DNA of 64,000 bases from Planctomycetota bacterium (lineage in GTDB: Bacteria; Planctomycetota; UBA8742; UBA2392): assembly GCA_016722065.1 (NCBI GenBank), contig JADKGX010000002.1, positions 778,256 to 842,255 on the forward strand, read 5' to 3'. The number at the start of each line of letters is the position of its first letter. Within the stretch, counting starts at the first letter, position 1. A program made the translations under genes and the position numbers. The notes beneath the pieces are model-generated. The model saw nothing but the letters and a program-made list of their open reading frames with translations, was not told the DNA's origin and ran no database searches. Shown here one piece after another: positions 27,774 through 37,597 of the stretch.

Positions 27774-28955
27774 GTGCTTTCAATCCTTGAACATCCCAAT
27801 CTAGACCCGGTTATCTTCTGGGTGAAGAAGCCAGAGCTTGCCCTGCGCTGGTACGGGCTGATGTATGTCCTGGCGTTCACCGTGGGCTTTGCGATTTTTC
27901 ACTGGCTGCAAAAGACCGGCTATCTGCGCATCGCGGCCAAGGATGTAAGCAACTACATCATTGTCGGCGTGCTTGGCACGTTTCTGGGCGGGCGGCTGGG
28001 GTATGTGCTTTTCTACCAGTTCGACCGGCTGTTCCTGGAAGAAGGCATCAAGTTTGCCGAACGCATGAAGCTGATCTACGCCGTGTGGGACGGCGGCATG
28101 AGCTTTCACGGTGGCGTGTTTGGCGTAACGCTGGCGGTGTTTCTGTACACCAAACTGCGCAAGCACAGTTTCTGGAACATCATGGACGGCAGCACGCACA
28201 TTGTGCCGCTGGGCGTGGCACTGGTGCGCTGCGGCAACTTCATCAACGCCGAACTGTATGGCCGCACCATCAACGATGCGTCCGGCCAGCCGATCTTTGA
28301 TGCCGACAAGCTGCCCTGGTACGCCATGAAGTTTTCCACCGATCACTTCCCCGGCGCGCAAGACGAACTGCACCAGGCCCTGGTGCGCGATTACTACGCC
28401 GCCCACCCCGGAGCAACCGAGATCCCGCCCGAGGCCTTGCAGTCGCTGCCCGTGAAGCACGAGGTCTGGGAACAAGTGGCGCAGTTCTTTCCCGGCCGCT
28501 ACCCCAGCCAGATTGTGCAGTTTGCTTTTGAAGGCCTGCTGGTGCTGATTGCGATGTGGATCTTGCGCCGCCATATCAAGCGGCCCGGCGTGATGGCCGG
28601 GCTGTTCCTGCTGGCCTATGCGGTGTTTCGCATACCGGCGGAGATGATCCGTCAGCCCGATGCCCAGATTGACCCCACCGCAGCCGGCGAGTTGACCGGC
28701 ACGGCGGCGTTTCTTCACGGCATTGGCATGACGATGGGCCAGTTTCTTTCGGTGGTCATTATCGGCATGGGGTTGTGCGTGATCGTGGTGCGCCTGTGGC
28801 GCGGCAAACCGGATGCCGACTACACCGTGGCGGAACGTCGCAAGGGCTTCTTTCGCGACACGCTGCACGACCTGCCCGAACTGCTGGGCCTGCGCAAACC
28901 CAAGCCCGAAGCCGCGCCAGCTGACAAACCGGCACCAGCGCCCGAGACCAAGTAG
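27774..28955 (+). CDS. lgt: prolipoprotein diacylglyceryl transferase
   Basis: LDPVIFWVKKPELALRWYGLMYVLAF and WDGGMSFHGGVFGV. GTG 27774 matches the family N-terminus. A C-terminal basic/Pro tail extends the usual length. Confidence 0.88.
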   Translation: MLSILEHPNLDPVIFWVKKPELALRWYGLMYVLAFTVGFAIFHWLQKTGYLRIAAKDVSNYIIVGVLGTFLGGRLGYVLFYQFDRLFLEEGIKFAERMKLIYAVWDGGMSFHGGVFGVTLAVFLYTKLRKHSFWNIMDGSTHIVPLGVALVRCGNFINAELYGRTINDASGQPIFDADKLPWYAMKFSTDHFPGAQDELHQALVRDYYAAHPGATEIPPEALQSLPVKHEVWEQVAQFFPGRYPSQIVQFAFEGLLVLIAMWILRRHIKRPGVMAGLFLLAYAVFRIPAEMIRQPDAQIDPTAAGELTGTAAFLHGIGMTMGQFLSVVIIGMGLCVIVVRLWRGKPDADYTVAERRKGFFRDTLHDLPELLGLRKPKPEAAPADKPAPAPETK

Positions 28956-28970
28956 AACCGGCCAGCGGGC

Positions 28971-31508
28971 TTACTTGCGGTGGCAATAGATCAGGTTGCC
29001 TTTTTCAGTGCCGATCACGACGGCCTGCTCGCCGGGCACGGCAATCATTACGCGCAAGCGGTCTTCGACCGGCAACGCGATAAACGCCTGCACTTCCATC
29101 GTCGTCGGCGCCAGGAAACAGACGCCGGGCTTGCCAATCACCACCAGGTTCAGCCCGCCCGTGGTGGCTGCCATCAGGGCCTGGCTGGTTGCGAACTGCG
29201 GTGGGTCCAGCCCTTGCGGGCTCAACCACATCACTTTGTCGGACAACTGGGCAAAGTTGCGGCCGCCGGCATTGGTGGTGTCCAGCACGGCTGCGGCCAG
29301 GTTTTTCATGACGGTGATTTCGCCAAAACCGTTGCCATCCAGCGTGACGCGCCGTACGGAAGTTCCCGCCGTGGCCCAGATTTCCTCGCCACGCACCCGC
29401 ACCGAAGAGACCGCTTTGCCGTCGTCGTCGATCTTGATCGAGCCCTTGCCATCGCCACGGTGCAGCATGCCCTGGGAATCGCCGATCAACAGCACGGCCT
29501 GGGCAAATGCTAGCGAGGTAATGCCCTGAAAGCGGGCGGCCACGGGCGTGGAAACCTGCAGCGTCTCTCCATGCAGAAGAATCACTTCCCCTTTGGCGGT
29601 GCCGATAGCCAGCCGCTGACCGTCGTATCGCAGGGCCATGGCCGTTACCAGCACGCCGTCAAGCTGTGCCTCTGCCACTGGCACGGGCCGCGCCGAAGAC
29701 CAGCGTCGAACCTTGCCGTCTTCTGACACCGTATAAAAAGTAGAAGGCGAGGCGCCCGCACAAGCCGCGATCACTGGCGCACCACCACTGTGGGCCTGCC
29801 ACATGCTGGCCTGCAGTTCCAGCATGCCACTGGAGTTGTTGGCCTGGTTTGCGGCTTCGTCGTCTTCGCGCAGCACAAAGTACCACAGCGCAGTACCAGC
29901 CACGGCCAGCACGGCCAGCACCATCAACAGGCCCTTGGCGCCACCGCCGCGACGGCGCGAACTCAGCACATTGGGCTGGGACTCATACACTGTGGGGCGC
30001 GAATAATCGGGTTTGCTGGCGTTGGCGTGGCTGCTGGCGGCTTTCTGGCCGTCCCAGGAGGCCGCATCTTCCTTGGCCGCAATGCCGCTGGCACTGCCGT
30101 CCATGATGTTGTTCTTCTGGAACGTGGGAAAACTTTTTGCGGCGTAGCTTTCCCAATCCTGGTCGCTGGGCATCTCGGGTTTCTGCACGACCTTGCTGCG
30201 GCGGCTGCTGCTGGTCGTTGGCCGCGTGTCGCGGTGGGGCGACATTTCCGGGTTGCTGGTCGTGGCGCCGCGCCGAACACCGGAATCGGCGTCGCGCGCA
30301 ACGGCCTTGATCTCGCCGGAAGAACGGCGTGCCCGGGCCTTGGCTTCCCGCACCATATCCTGGGTCAGTTCGGCCAATTCGGGCGGAATCTGGGGGGCAG
30401 ACTTCGGGCCGGACGACGCAGCCATGGGCGGCAGCGCGCCGGGGCCCAGCGATGGCAATGCAGGCGAGGAAGTACGGGCCTTGTCGGCAGCCTTTCGCAG
30501 CGCCGCCAGGTGGGGCGATTCGACCCGGCCTTTGTCGATGGCCGCCTCGGCTTCCTGTTCTTTCTGCTTGTTGATTGACTCGGCATCAATCTTGAAGCCC
30601 GTGGTCGCAAAAATCGTTGCGCCTTCATACAGCAGCTTGCTGGTGCGGCGGTTCATGCGCGCCACCTGGGCCAGCTTCAGGGCTATCGCATCCAGGTCGC
30701 CGGGGCGCTTTTCGTGGTCCTTCTGCGTCATCTCATGGATGATGCGGGTCAGGCGCTGGCCGGCTTCATCTTTGACGCGGTCCTCGGGCACCACAATGCG
30801 GCTGGTGACGTGCTGCAACGCAACGGCCATGGGCGTAGTGCCGATAAACGGCGGGCGGCCAACAAACAGGTGATACAGCGTCGCGCCCAGGCTGTAGACG
30901 TCGGCCTTTGGGCCCACAGCTACGCCCTGGGCCTGTTCGGGTGCCATGTAGTCGGGTGTGCCCATGATCGCGCCAGTCATGGTCAAGCCGGACTCACTGG
31001 CCAGCGCACGGGCCAGGCCAAAGTCGGCCACCTTCACGCCGCCGGTGTTGGGCAGCATCAGGTTGGCGGGCTTGATGTCGCGGTGAATCACGTTGTTGGC
31101 ATGGGCGCTTGCCAGTGCGCGCGCGGCACCAGCGCCGATATCCGCCACTACAGCGGCTTCGACGGGGCCGTGCTTGCGCACAAGTTCCAGGGCGTCGGTG
31201 CCGTCAATGAACTCCATGACCAGGTAGTAGTAACCCGATTCCTCGCCCACGTCGTAAACTCGCACCGTGTTGGCGTGGTTCAAGCGCGCAGCCAGACGCG
31301 CTTCGCGCAGAAAGCGTTCCACCAGGTTGCTGTTGTTGGCCAGGTGCGGCGGCAGAATCTTGACTGCCACGTCGATGTCCAGGCCGCTGTGGCTGCCCTT
31401 GTAAACCGTGCCCATGGCGCCGCGGCCGCAGATGCGCAGCAGCTTGCACTTGCCGATCATGTAGCCGACAAGGGACTTTTGGTCCGGGGAACTTGGCACG
31501 GGCATCAA
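28971..31508 (-). CDS. Ser/Thr protein kinase with a TM segment and a C-terminal beta-propeller-like domain
   Basis: GRGAMGTVYKG, VAVKIL, HRDIKPANLML, DFGLARAL and GTPDYMAPE. TM segment LLMVLAVLAVAGTALWYFVL. The C-terminus is repetitive and beta-rich. Confidence 0.9.
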   Translation of the reverse strand: MMPVPSSPDQKSLVGYMIGKCKLLRICGRGAMGTVYKGSHSGLDIDVAVKILPPHLANNSNLVERFLREARLAARLNHANTVRVYDVGEESGYYYLVMEFIDGTDALELVRKHGPVEAAVVADIGAGAARALASAHANNVIHRDIKPANLMLPNTGGVKVADFGLARALASESGLTMTGAIMGTPDYMAPEQAQGVAVGPKADVYSLGATLYHLFVGRPPFIGTTPMAVALQHVTSRIVVPEDRVKDEAGQRLTRIIHEMTQKDHEKRPGDLDAIALKLAQVARMNRRTSKLLYEGATIFATTGFKIDAESINKQKEQEAEAAIDKGRVESPHLAALRKAADKARTSSPALPSLGPGALPPMAASSGPKSAPQIPPELAELTQDMVREAKARARRSSGEIKAVARDADSGVRRGATTSNPEMSPHRDTRPTTSSSRRSKVVQKPEMPSDQDWESYAAKSFPTFQKNNIMDGSASGIAAKEDAASWDGQKAASSHANASKPDYSRPTVYESQPNVLSSRRRGGGAKGLLMVLAVLAVAGTALWYFVLREDDEAANQANNSSGMLELQASMWQAHSGGAPVIAACAGASPSTFYTVSEDGKVRRWSSARPVPVAEAQLDGVLVTAMALRYDGQRLAIGTAKGEVILLHGETLQVSTPVAARFQGITSLAFAQAVLLIGDSQGMLHRGDGKGSIKIDDDGKAVSSVRVRGEEIWATAGTSVRRVTLDGNGFGEITVMKNLAAAVLDTTNAGGRNFAQLSDKVMWLSPQGLDPPQFATSQALMAATTGGLNLVVIGKPGVCFLAPTTMEVQAFIALPVEDRLRVMIAVPGEQAVVIGTEKGNLIYCHRK

Positions 31509-31613
31509 GGCCTCGAATGCACGAAACGCACTGCGAAAGCCTATTATGCGGTCCCGTAGAGCATTCGTCGATAACGGAAAGCGCCGGCCCGGTGCGACGC
31601 GCAGAAAAGCCGA

Positions 31614-34559
31614 CTAAGGTCGCAATGCCCCCAGAATGTACGGCCCGGCGCGGAAAAATTGTGCATAGGTGCTGTGCCGGATGTTCGGGTCTCCAATCGT
31701 GGCCGCGGCAATGTTCGGGTTCTGGCGCGACAACAGGTTCTGCGTTGCGGTTTGCCAGTTGGCCGCGGCGCTGGCCCGAAACGCGCCCACATAGCCCGCA
31801 CCAATCATCAGGTTCGGCCCGCCAAAGTCTGTCACCCCGCCCGGAAACTGCGCAAAGGCCCCGAACTGCGGCGTGGCCAGGTTGCCCAGATAGACTTGCG
31901 CGTTGGTACCCAGCAGCCAGTTCATGCAGCGCAGAATGTTGTCGTCAATGCTGGTGTCGTTGCTGGCGCCACGGGCGTACTCCATGGCCTCGGCGATGCT
32001 GCCGATTTCCCAGGCCTCAAAGTTGCCGGCGTTGTCGTCAAAGCCGTTGCCTGTGGGGTCACGCGGCGAAGTCGTGTTCTGACGCACGCGAACAGCGGCC
32101 AGCACATAGGCCTGCATGGTGGCTGCGGCGGCATCGTTCAAGCCATTGGCTTCCAGATACGCTGTAGAAAGGAACAGGCCGTTGGCGAGCCACATCGTGG
32201 GGCAGGTGATGGTGCTGTCGACCCCGCCGTTGGCGGCGTCAAAGAAGCGCTTCCAGGTGCCGCGCAGATAGGTAAAGGTCTCCTTCAATACATCAAGGCT
32301 CAGGGCGTCGCCGGTCATCAGGTAGTGCTGCGCCAGGAACGAGCCATGAAAAACAGAAAGCCCGTTATCGTTCAATTGATAGTGCCCCAGCCCATGCTGC
32401 TTGTTTCCCGGCGTTGTGCGCGTACGCCCAAGCTGGCTGGCGTTGCCAGCGCTGACGGCGGGGTTTCCGGCCTCGGTGTAGGCAAAGCGCTGGCCAATGT
32501 CGGCATGCAGCACCTGCACGTCGCGAAAGTGCCGGGTGGTCTGGTCAAACAGGCGTTGCGCGCCAATGCTGCCGCTGGCGGCAAACCAGTTCATGAAGGC
32601 GCGGCTGACCTCATAGTCGTTGTCTTCCCAGCCGTTGGTCGGGGTGAAGGTCTTGCCCGCCCCGAAGTTCCACAGGCCGTACTCATGGCCCGTGGCAGCG
32701 CCATTGCCGTCGCTGCGGTCGGCCAGCAGGTCGCCTTCGTGCAGCACGACTTCGTTCAGGTAGGTTCCTACCAGCGATTGTGCGGCACCAATGATGTCGG
32801 TCGTGCTGCTGCGCGTGTCGTTGGTGACGCCAATCTGCCCAAACACCCCGGCGGCGGCGTAATGCTTGGGGTTACAGATGGCCAGCGGCGGGTCGTTCAG
32901 AATGTTGGCACGAATGTTGGCGCCTGCGGCGTCAATCGTGCCAATGCGGTCCATGCTGATCAGCAGTTCGTGGGTCTTCATGGCGCCAGCAAACACCTGC
33001 ATTGGCCAGGTGCCGGCGGGCCACAGCCCGGCACGCATCAAGCCGTCGCCCTGCATGCGCAACTGTTTGGGGTACTGCTGCCAGAAGTCGCGCACGATGG
33101 TCGTGCAGCGAATGTTGCTGCCGGTCATCTGCATCCAGCCCGGGCCCTTGGTGCCTGAGCCCGCCAGCTTGCCTGTCAGGGCATAAGCAACCTGCGCGTC
33201 GGTTTGATCGGGCCAGGTGTTGGTCAGCGGGTCTGAAGACCCTTCGCCGCTGCCCACGTTGTAGCCGGCGGGCTGCGGGTTGCCGGTGTCGCTGGCGTCG
33301 TGGGTGCCGGTGTAGTTCTGCTGCTGGTCCCAGAACTCGGCCCCGGTCAAGGTTTGCGCCGTGTGCACGACCGGAAAGCCGGCAATCTGGGCGCCCGCCG
33401 TGCCGGTGTTCAACAGCAGCGGCAGGTCGAACTCCACGGCGTCTGCCGTTTCCACCTGCGCCAATTGCGCCGCCGCCGAGGCGCCGGCCGTGGAAGCCAC
33501 GCCGTTGCCGGCCATGTTCTTGAAGCTGTAGCTGACACGCACCAGCGGCAGACCCACCCAGGCCGTGATGCGCACAACAAAATTCAGCTTGTTCAGGCCA
33601 AGACCGGTGTTGCGGTGCACGCCTTCGGACACCAGCGTGACGCGAATCGGGCCGGACTCTTCTACTTCCACGCGGGTCGGGGCAATCTGGTCCATACGGA
33701 ACTGGTTGGCGCCCTGCGTGATTACAATGCCCCGCGCCACGGCGGTATCCAGGCATTCGTCGTCGACTTGGCTGTCGTTGTCGCGGTCAATCACGATGCT
33801 TTCAAACAGCCGAAAAGCGGTCTTGCTGACCGTGAAGTTCAGGTTGCCGGTGCGCACTTCAATGCTGCCGGCGCCGTTAATCACCTGCAGCGAAGTGCCC
33901 GTAGCACTGCCACTGCCGCCACTGTTGAGCTGGTATTTGCCAACCCCGCCAGCACCCGTCAGGTCGGCAATGAAATCGCACAGCACCCAGCGAATCGAGC
34001 CGCCAGGCCAGCGCGAAGTGACACGAAACTGCGCGTTGACCGAGCCGCCGGTCTGGGTCTGGATGCGCAGTGTGTTTTCGTTGTTGTGCAACGCCAGCGG
34101 CAGCGGAATGCCCACCGTGACCGGCGCGGCTGCGGCCTGCCAACTGTTCTGGGTGCGCACGTCAAACAAGACCGGAAAAGCCCCGTAAACCGGCGCAACC
34201 GTCAAGGTTACCGTCGCAATGCCGATGGCCGTGGGATCAATCGTGCTGGAGCACTGGATTGTGACCAGCGGGCTGCCCGGCATGGACAGCGGCGCCGTGT
34301 ACAGGCCGGTGGAATCAATGCTGCCCGTGCCTGAGCCCAGCACAAGCCACGCGGGCCCGCCGGGGCCTGAAGCACCGCCGCCGGTCAGTGTGGCGGTGAA
34401 CTGGCGTGTTGTGCCCAGTTGCACCGAAATGGCCGCCGGGGAAACTGAAACCACTATCGGCGACGGCAAGGGCGAGCCGCCCGGGGGCGACCCACCACTG
34501 CCACAGGCCGAAAGCAGCGCGATCAGAACAAGGCAGCCAACAGCCAGGGCATGGCGCAT
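31614..34559 (-). CDS. large lipoprotein; Ig-like domain plus a possible PcRGLX/PL26-like (rhamnogalacturonan-lyase-like) body
   Basis: ATG 34559 gives the lipobox MRHALAVGCLVLIALLSAC. VSVSPAAISVQLGTTRQFTATL is Big_2-like. PVTVGIPLPLALH...RWPGGSIRWVLCDF recalls the N-terminal barrel of PcRGLX-like proteins, from memory only. Confidence 0.7.
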   Translation of the reverse strand: MRHALAVGCLVLIALLSACGSGGSPPGGSPLPSPIVVSVSPAAISVQLGTTRQFTATLTGGGASGPGGPAWLVLGSGTGSIDSTGLYTAPLSMPGSPLVTIQCSSTIDPTAIGIATVTLTVAPVYGAFPVLFDVRTQNSWQAAAAPVTVGIPLPLALHNNENTLRIQTQTGGSVNAQFRVTSRWPGGSIRWVLCDFIADLTGAGGVGKYQLNSGGSGSATGTSLQVINGAGSIEVRTGNLNFTVSKTAFRLFESIVIDRDNDSQVDDECLDTAVARGIVITQGANQFRMDQIAPTRVEVEESGPIRVTLVSEGVHRNTGLGLNKLNFVVRITAWVGLPLVRVSYSFKNMAGNGVASTAGASAAAQLAQVETADAVEFDLPLLLNTGTAGAQIAGFPVVHTAQTLTGAEFWDQQQNYTGTHDASDTGNPQPAGYNVGSGEGSSDPLTNTWPDQTDAQVAYALTGKLAGSGTKGPGWMQMTGSNIRCTTIVRDFWQQYPKQLRMQGDGLMRAGLWPAGTWPMQVFAGAMKTHELLISMDRIGTIDAAGANIRANILNDPPLAICNPKHYAAAGVFGQIGVTNDTRSSTTDIIGAAQSLVGTYLNEVVLHEGDLLADRSDGNGAATGHEYGLWNFGAGKTFTPTNGWEDNDYEVSRAFMNWFAASGSIGAQRLFDQTTRHFRDVQVLHADIGQRFAYTEAGNPAVSAGNASQLGRTRTTPGNKQHGLGHYQLNDNGLSVFHGSFLAQHYLMTGDALSLDVLKETFTYLRGTWKRFFDAANGGVDSTITCPTMWLANGLFLSTAYLEANGLNDAAAATMQAYVLAAVRVRQNTTSPRDPTGNGFDDNAGNFEAWEIGSIAEAMEYARGASNDTSIDDNILRCMNWLLGTNAQVYLGNLATPQFGAFAQFPGGVTDFGGPNLMIGAGYVGAFRASAAANWQTATQNLLSRQNPNIAAATIGDPNIRHSTYAQFFRAGPYILGALRP

Positions 34560-34776
34560 CAGACACTCCGGTTGCAATAACAACAGGCGGCACAAAGGCC
34601 GCAGCCGGTTCCCAAGCCTGAAGGGGTACGCGCCCCCATTGTGTGCAAAACCCGCGCGGGCTGCCAGTGCTTCAGTGCCGGCAACGCGCAACGGGTTTGC
34701 GGATTGGTGCAACCCGGCCGGATTTTGCGCCGAGGCAGCTGGTTTGTTTGCTGCGCGCGGCAGCTAAGCTGACGGC

Positions 34777-35961
34777 ATGATTCCGCAAGAGATACGCGCC
34801 GTATTGCCCGGGCCACCGACGGCCCATGCGGCCTTGAGTTGCAGCCCCGGCAGCGTTGTGGGCGAGACGCACTTTGTGGTTACAGGCGGGCGGCTGCTGG
34901 TGTTTTCGCGCGAATCGCTGGTCGGGGGCTATGCCCCGGTGCTGCTGGACCCGGCCGTCACCCCGGCCCTGGAAGGTGGCGACTTTTCGTCAACGCTGCA
35001 TTTTCAATTGGCCGACGCCACGCCCGTTGAACTGAACGTCAGCAGCTTTGAACGTCCTGCCATGCAGGCGCTTCTGGCCGAACTTGCCGCAATCGCGCCG
35101 GTACTTGCCGACCCTTCACCGGGCAACGTCCCGGAATTGCCGAATCGGCCTGATTCCCCCACCGGAACGTCGACCATTCTGCCGCCCACGGAGCCTGTAG
35201 CAGCACCGGTTCCAACCACCGCGCTGAGTGCAGACCCCGCTGGTGAGTTACACCCAGCGGCGGCAAGCCGGGACACACCGCGCTGGCAGCTGCCCGCAAT
35301 TCCGGCCGCCACTGCTGCGCCAGGCCCGAAAAAGCCGCGTGACAACCGCGGCCCGGGCGAGTTTGCCGGCGATCCGCCTTTTTTCACCGGCTGCCTGCCC
35401 GCCCTGCTGCTGCTGGCCGGCACTGGCTGGGGGCTGTGGACGCTGGAGGAGCGCGCCCGCGATTCGCTGTGGGGATTTACCGGCTGGGCGCTGTGGCAGG
35501 GCACCTTTCTGATGGTGCTGGGAAAAATCGCGGCCTGCATAGGCGCCATGGCCCTGACCTACTGGTTCGCGGTTTGGCTGGAGGGCTGGAACTTCCGACG
35601 CAACCTGACAGGCCGGGTCACGATACGCAGCAGGCGAGTGCATTTTCTGGCCCCCAAGGGCCTTTGGAAATCCGACTTTGACCTGCGCAAGTGCAGAGTG
35701 GAGTTTCAGTGCACGCAGAAGCCGCCCGGCAACAACAACACCAAGCCTGAGGACCTGGAGTTTGTCGTGCTGGTGCGTTTCACCCAAGGCGACTCACAGG
35801 CCAGCATCTGGGTGCACAGCATTCGCTGGAAGGACATCGCGGGCAGCCAGTGGCAGCCCCAAACCAGCGTGGAAAAACCAGAACGCCGCATTGAGTTCAT
35901 GGGCCACGAGTTCAAGGAACTGCTGCCCGCCCTGCTGGAAGAAATGCAGGCCGCAAGCTGA
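34777..35961 (+). CDS. hypothetical membrane protein
   Basis: 394-aa ORF with coding-like composition. Pro-rich linker and 3 hydrophobic segments around residues 210-270. No family recognised. Confidence 0.6.
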   Translation: MIPQEIRAVLPGPPTAHAALSCSPGSVVGETHFVVTGGRLLVFSRESLVGGYAPVLLDPAVTPALEGGDFSSTLHFQLADATPVELNVSSFERPAMQALLAELAAIAPVLADPSPGNVPELPNRPDSPTGTSTILPPTEPVAAPVPTTALSADPAGELHPAAASRDTPRWQLPAIPAATAAPGPKKPRDNRGPGEFAGDPPFFTGCLPALLLLAGTGWGLWTLEERARDSLWGFTGWALWQGTFLMVLGKIAACIGAMALTYWFAVWLEGWNFRRNLTGRVTIRSRRVHFLAPKGLWKSDFDLRKCRVEFQCTQKPPGNNNTKPEDLEFVVLVRFTQGDSQASIWVHSIRWKDIAGSQWQPQTSVEKPERRIEFMGHEFKELLPALLEEMQAAS

Positions 35962-36039
35962 CCAGCCCGCGCGACGCAGCCGATTTCGAAACCCGGCGGC
36001 CGGGCATGGCGCTGCTGCCGGCAGGCTGATTTTTTGCAG

Positions 36040-36107
36040 TTTGGAACTGCGGCAGTTTCTGGATGCATCTATCAAGTTGCCGTCGCCCCCAGCCTTGCGG
36101 CTGGGGC
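36040..36107 (-). repeat. further copy of the GC-hairpin + tail module of the dispersed element
   Basis: The reverse complement agccccagccgcaaggctgggggcgacggcaacttgatagatgcatcc matches 16210-16250 by eye. The hairpin ccccagcc-ttgc-ggctgggg is at 36087-36106. Confidence 0.8.
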
Positions 36108-36232
36108 TGAACTGCCTGTTGGTGGTGGCGGGCGTAGATGCGTGGCCGCGGCACGCGAACACCATCGTTGCAGTTCTTGGCCGCTTGGCGTCTTGGCGGC
36201 AAAGGCCTTGACTGTGTTGGCGGCACCTGCGG

Positions 36233-37354
36233 CTAGATTTTGCTGGCCACGGTTTCGCCCGCTGCGGCGCGCTCTTTTTCGAGCTTGTACAGCTCGATCA
36301 TCATTTCATCGACCAGCTTTTCGTTGGGCACGCGGCGCAGAATCGTTTCGCCCTTGAACAGATAGCCCGCGTCTTTGGCACCGGCAATCCCAAGGTCAGC
36401 TTCCGCAGCTTCGCCCGGGCCATTGACGATGCAGCCCAGCACACTGACGACAATGTTGCCGGTGTAATCTTTCAGGCGTTCCTGCACCTGCCGCGCGAGT
36501 GTTTCGACGCCGCCGTCTACTTCATCGCGACCGCAACTTGGGCAGGCCACGATCTCGACGTTCTTCTTGCGCAGGCGCAGCGCACTGAGAATTTCATAGC
36601 CCACATCCACTTCATCCAGCGGGTCGCCGGTAATGCTGACACGAATCGTGTCGCCTATTCCCTCGCCCAGCAGCGTGCCCAGGCCGATACTGCTTTTGAC
36701 CGTGCTGGCCTGCAGCATGCCGGCTTCGGTTACACCCAGGTGAATCGGCACGTCGGTTTCCTTGGCGAAGCGACGGTTGGTATAGACCGTGGTCAGCACG
36801 TCGCTGGACTTCAGGCTGACCTTGAAGTTGTGAAAGCCCCACTTATCAAACGTCTCGCACCAATTGATGGCGGTGTCGACCATCAGGTCGGCCATCTCGT
36901 GTTCCATGTCGTTTTTTACTTCCAGGCCCTTGCGGGGCATGATGCTGCCACTGTTGACGCCAATGCGGATCGCCGCGCCTTTGTCTTTGGCCAGGTCGAC
37001 GATTTTGCGCACGAGTTCCAGCTTGATGTTGCCCGGGTTGATGCGTACGCATTGAATGCCGGCCTCCAGGGCCTTCAGCGCAAGCCCCGGCGCAAAATGA
37101 ATGTCGGCAATAATCGGCACGCGCGAACCGGCAATGATGGCGGGCAGGGCGTTGGCCGATTTTTCGTCCGGGCAGGCCACGCGGACAATATCGACGCCTT
37201 TTTCCTGGGCGCCGCGAATCTGCTTCAGCGTTCCTTCTACATCATGGGTTTTGGTCTTGGTCATGGTCTGCACGGCCACCAGGTGGTCGCCACCGACGGG
37301 GCGGTTGCCAACGGTGCAGGTGCGGGTCTTGCGTCGCGCTACTTGAAAGGCCAC
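36233..37354 (-). CDS. ispG: 4-hydroxy-3-methylbut-2-en-1-yl diphosphate synthase (flavodoxin)
   Basis: RRKTRTCTVGNRPVGGDHLVAVQTMT, IVRVACPD, PIIADIHF and the CPSCGR Fe-S motif. GTG 37354 is preceded by AAGGAG (37365-37360) with a 5-nt spacer, giving 373 aa. Confidence 0.92.
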   Translation of the reverse strand: MAFQVARRKTRTCTVGNRPVGGDHLVAVQTMTKTKTHDVEGTLKQIRGAQEKGVDIVRVACPDEKSANALPAIIAGSRVPIIADIHFAPGLALKALEAGIQCVRINPGNIKLELVRKIVDLAKDKGAAIRIGVNSGSIMPRKGLEVKNDMEHEMADLMVDTAINWCETFDKWGFHNFKVSLKSSDVLTTVYTNRRFAKETDVPIHLGVTEAGMLQASTVKSSIGLGTLLGEGIGDTIRVSITGDPLDEVDVGYEILSALRLRKKNVEIVACPSCGRDEVDGGVETLARQVQERLKDYTGNIVVSVLGCIVNGPGEAAEADLGIAGAKDAGYLFKGETILRRVPNEKLVDEMMIELYKLEKERAAAGETVASKI

Positions 37355-37597
37355 GGGCACTCCTTGCGGGTCGATTCCGGCGCAGTCTAGCAGCGCCAAT
37401 CGCCGGTGCCACGGGCGCGCGCTCAAGCCAACCGGATTGGAGACCTCGAGGCAGGCAGCAGCACCGCTAGCTGCCACGCCGACGGGTTCTCATTGCCCGC
37501 TCCGGCAGGGGCGCGGAGACACCGCAGTCCGTACCATATCTGCACGAGATGCCTGCCCCGCCCCGGTCAGGGCGAAATTGCTTTGTATGCTCGCGCC

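Noticed and set aside
37388-37410. TGGCAC on the minus strand upstream of ispG as a sigma-54 -24 element.
   Set aside because: The downstream element reads TTGG with 6-nt spacing rather than TTGC at N5. The other TGGCAC occurrences I checked (1536, 4354, 14866, 20484, 28213, 56523) lie inside coding regions and have no -12 match.
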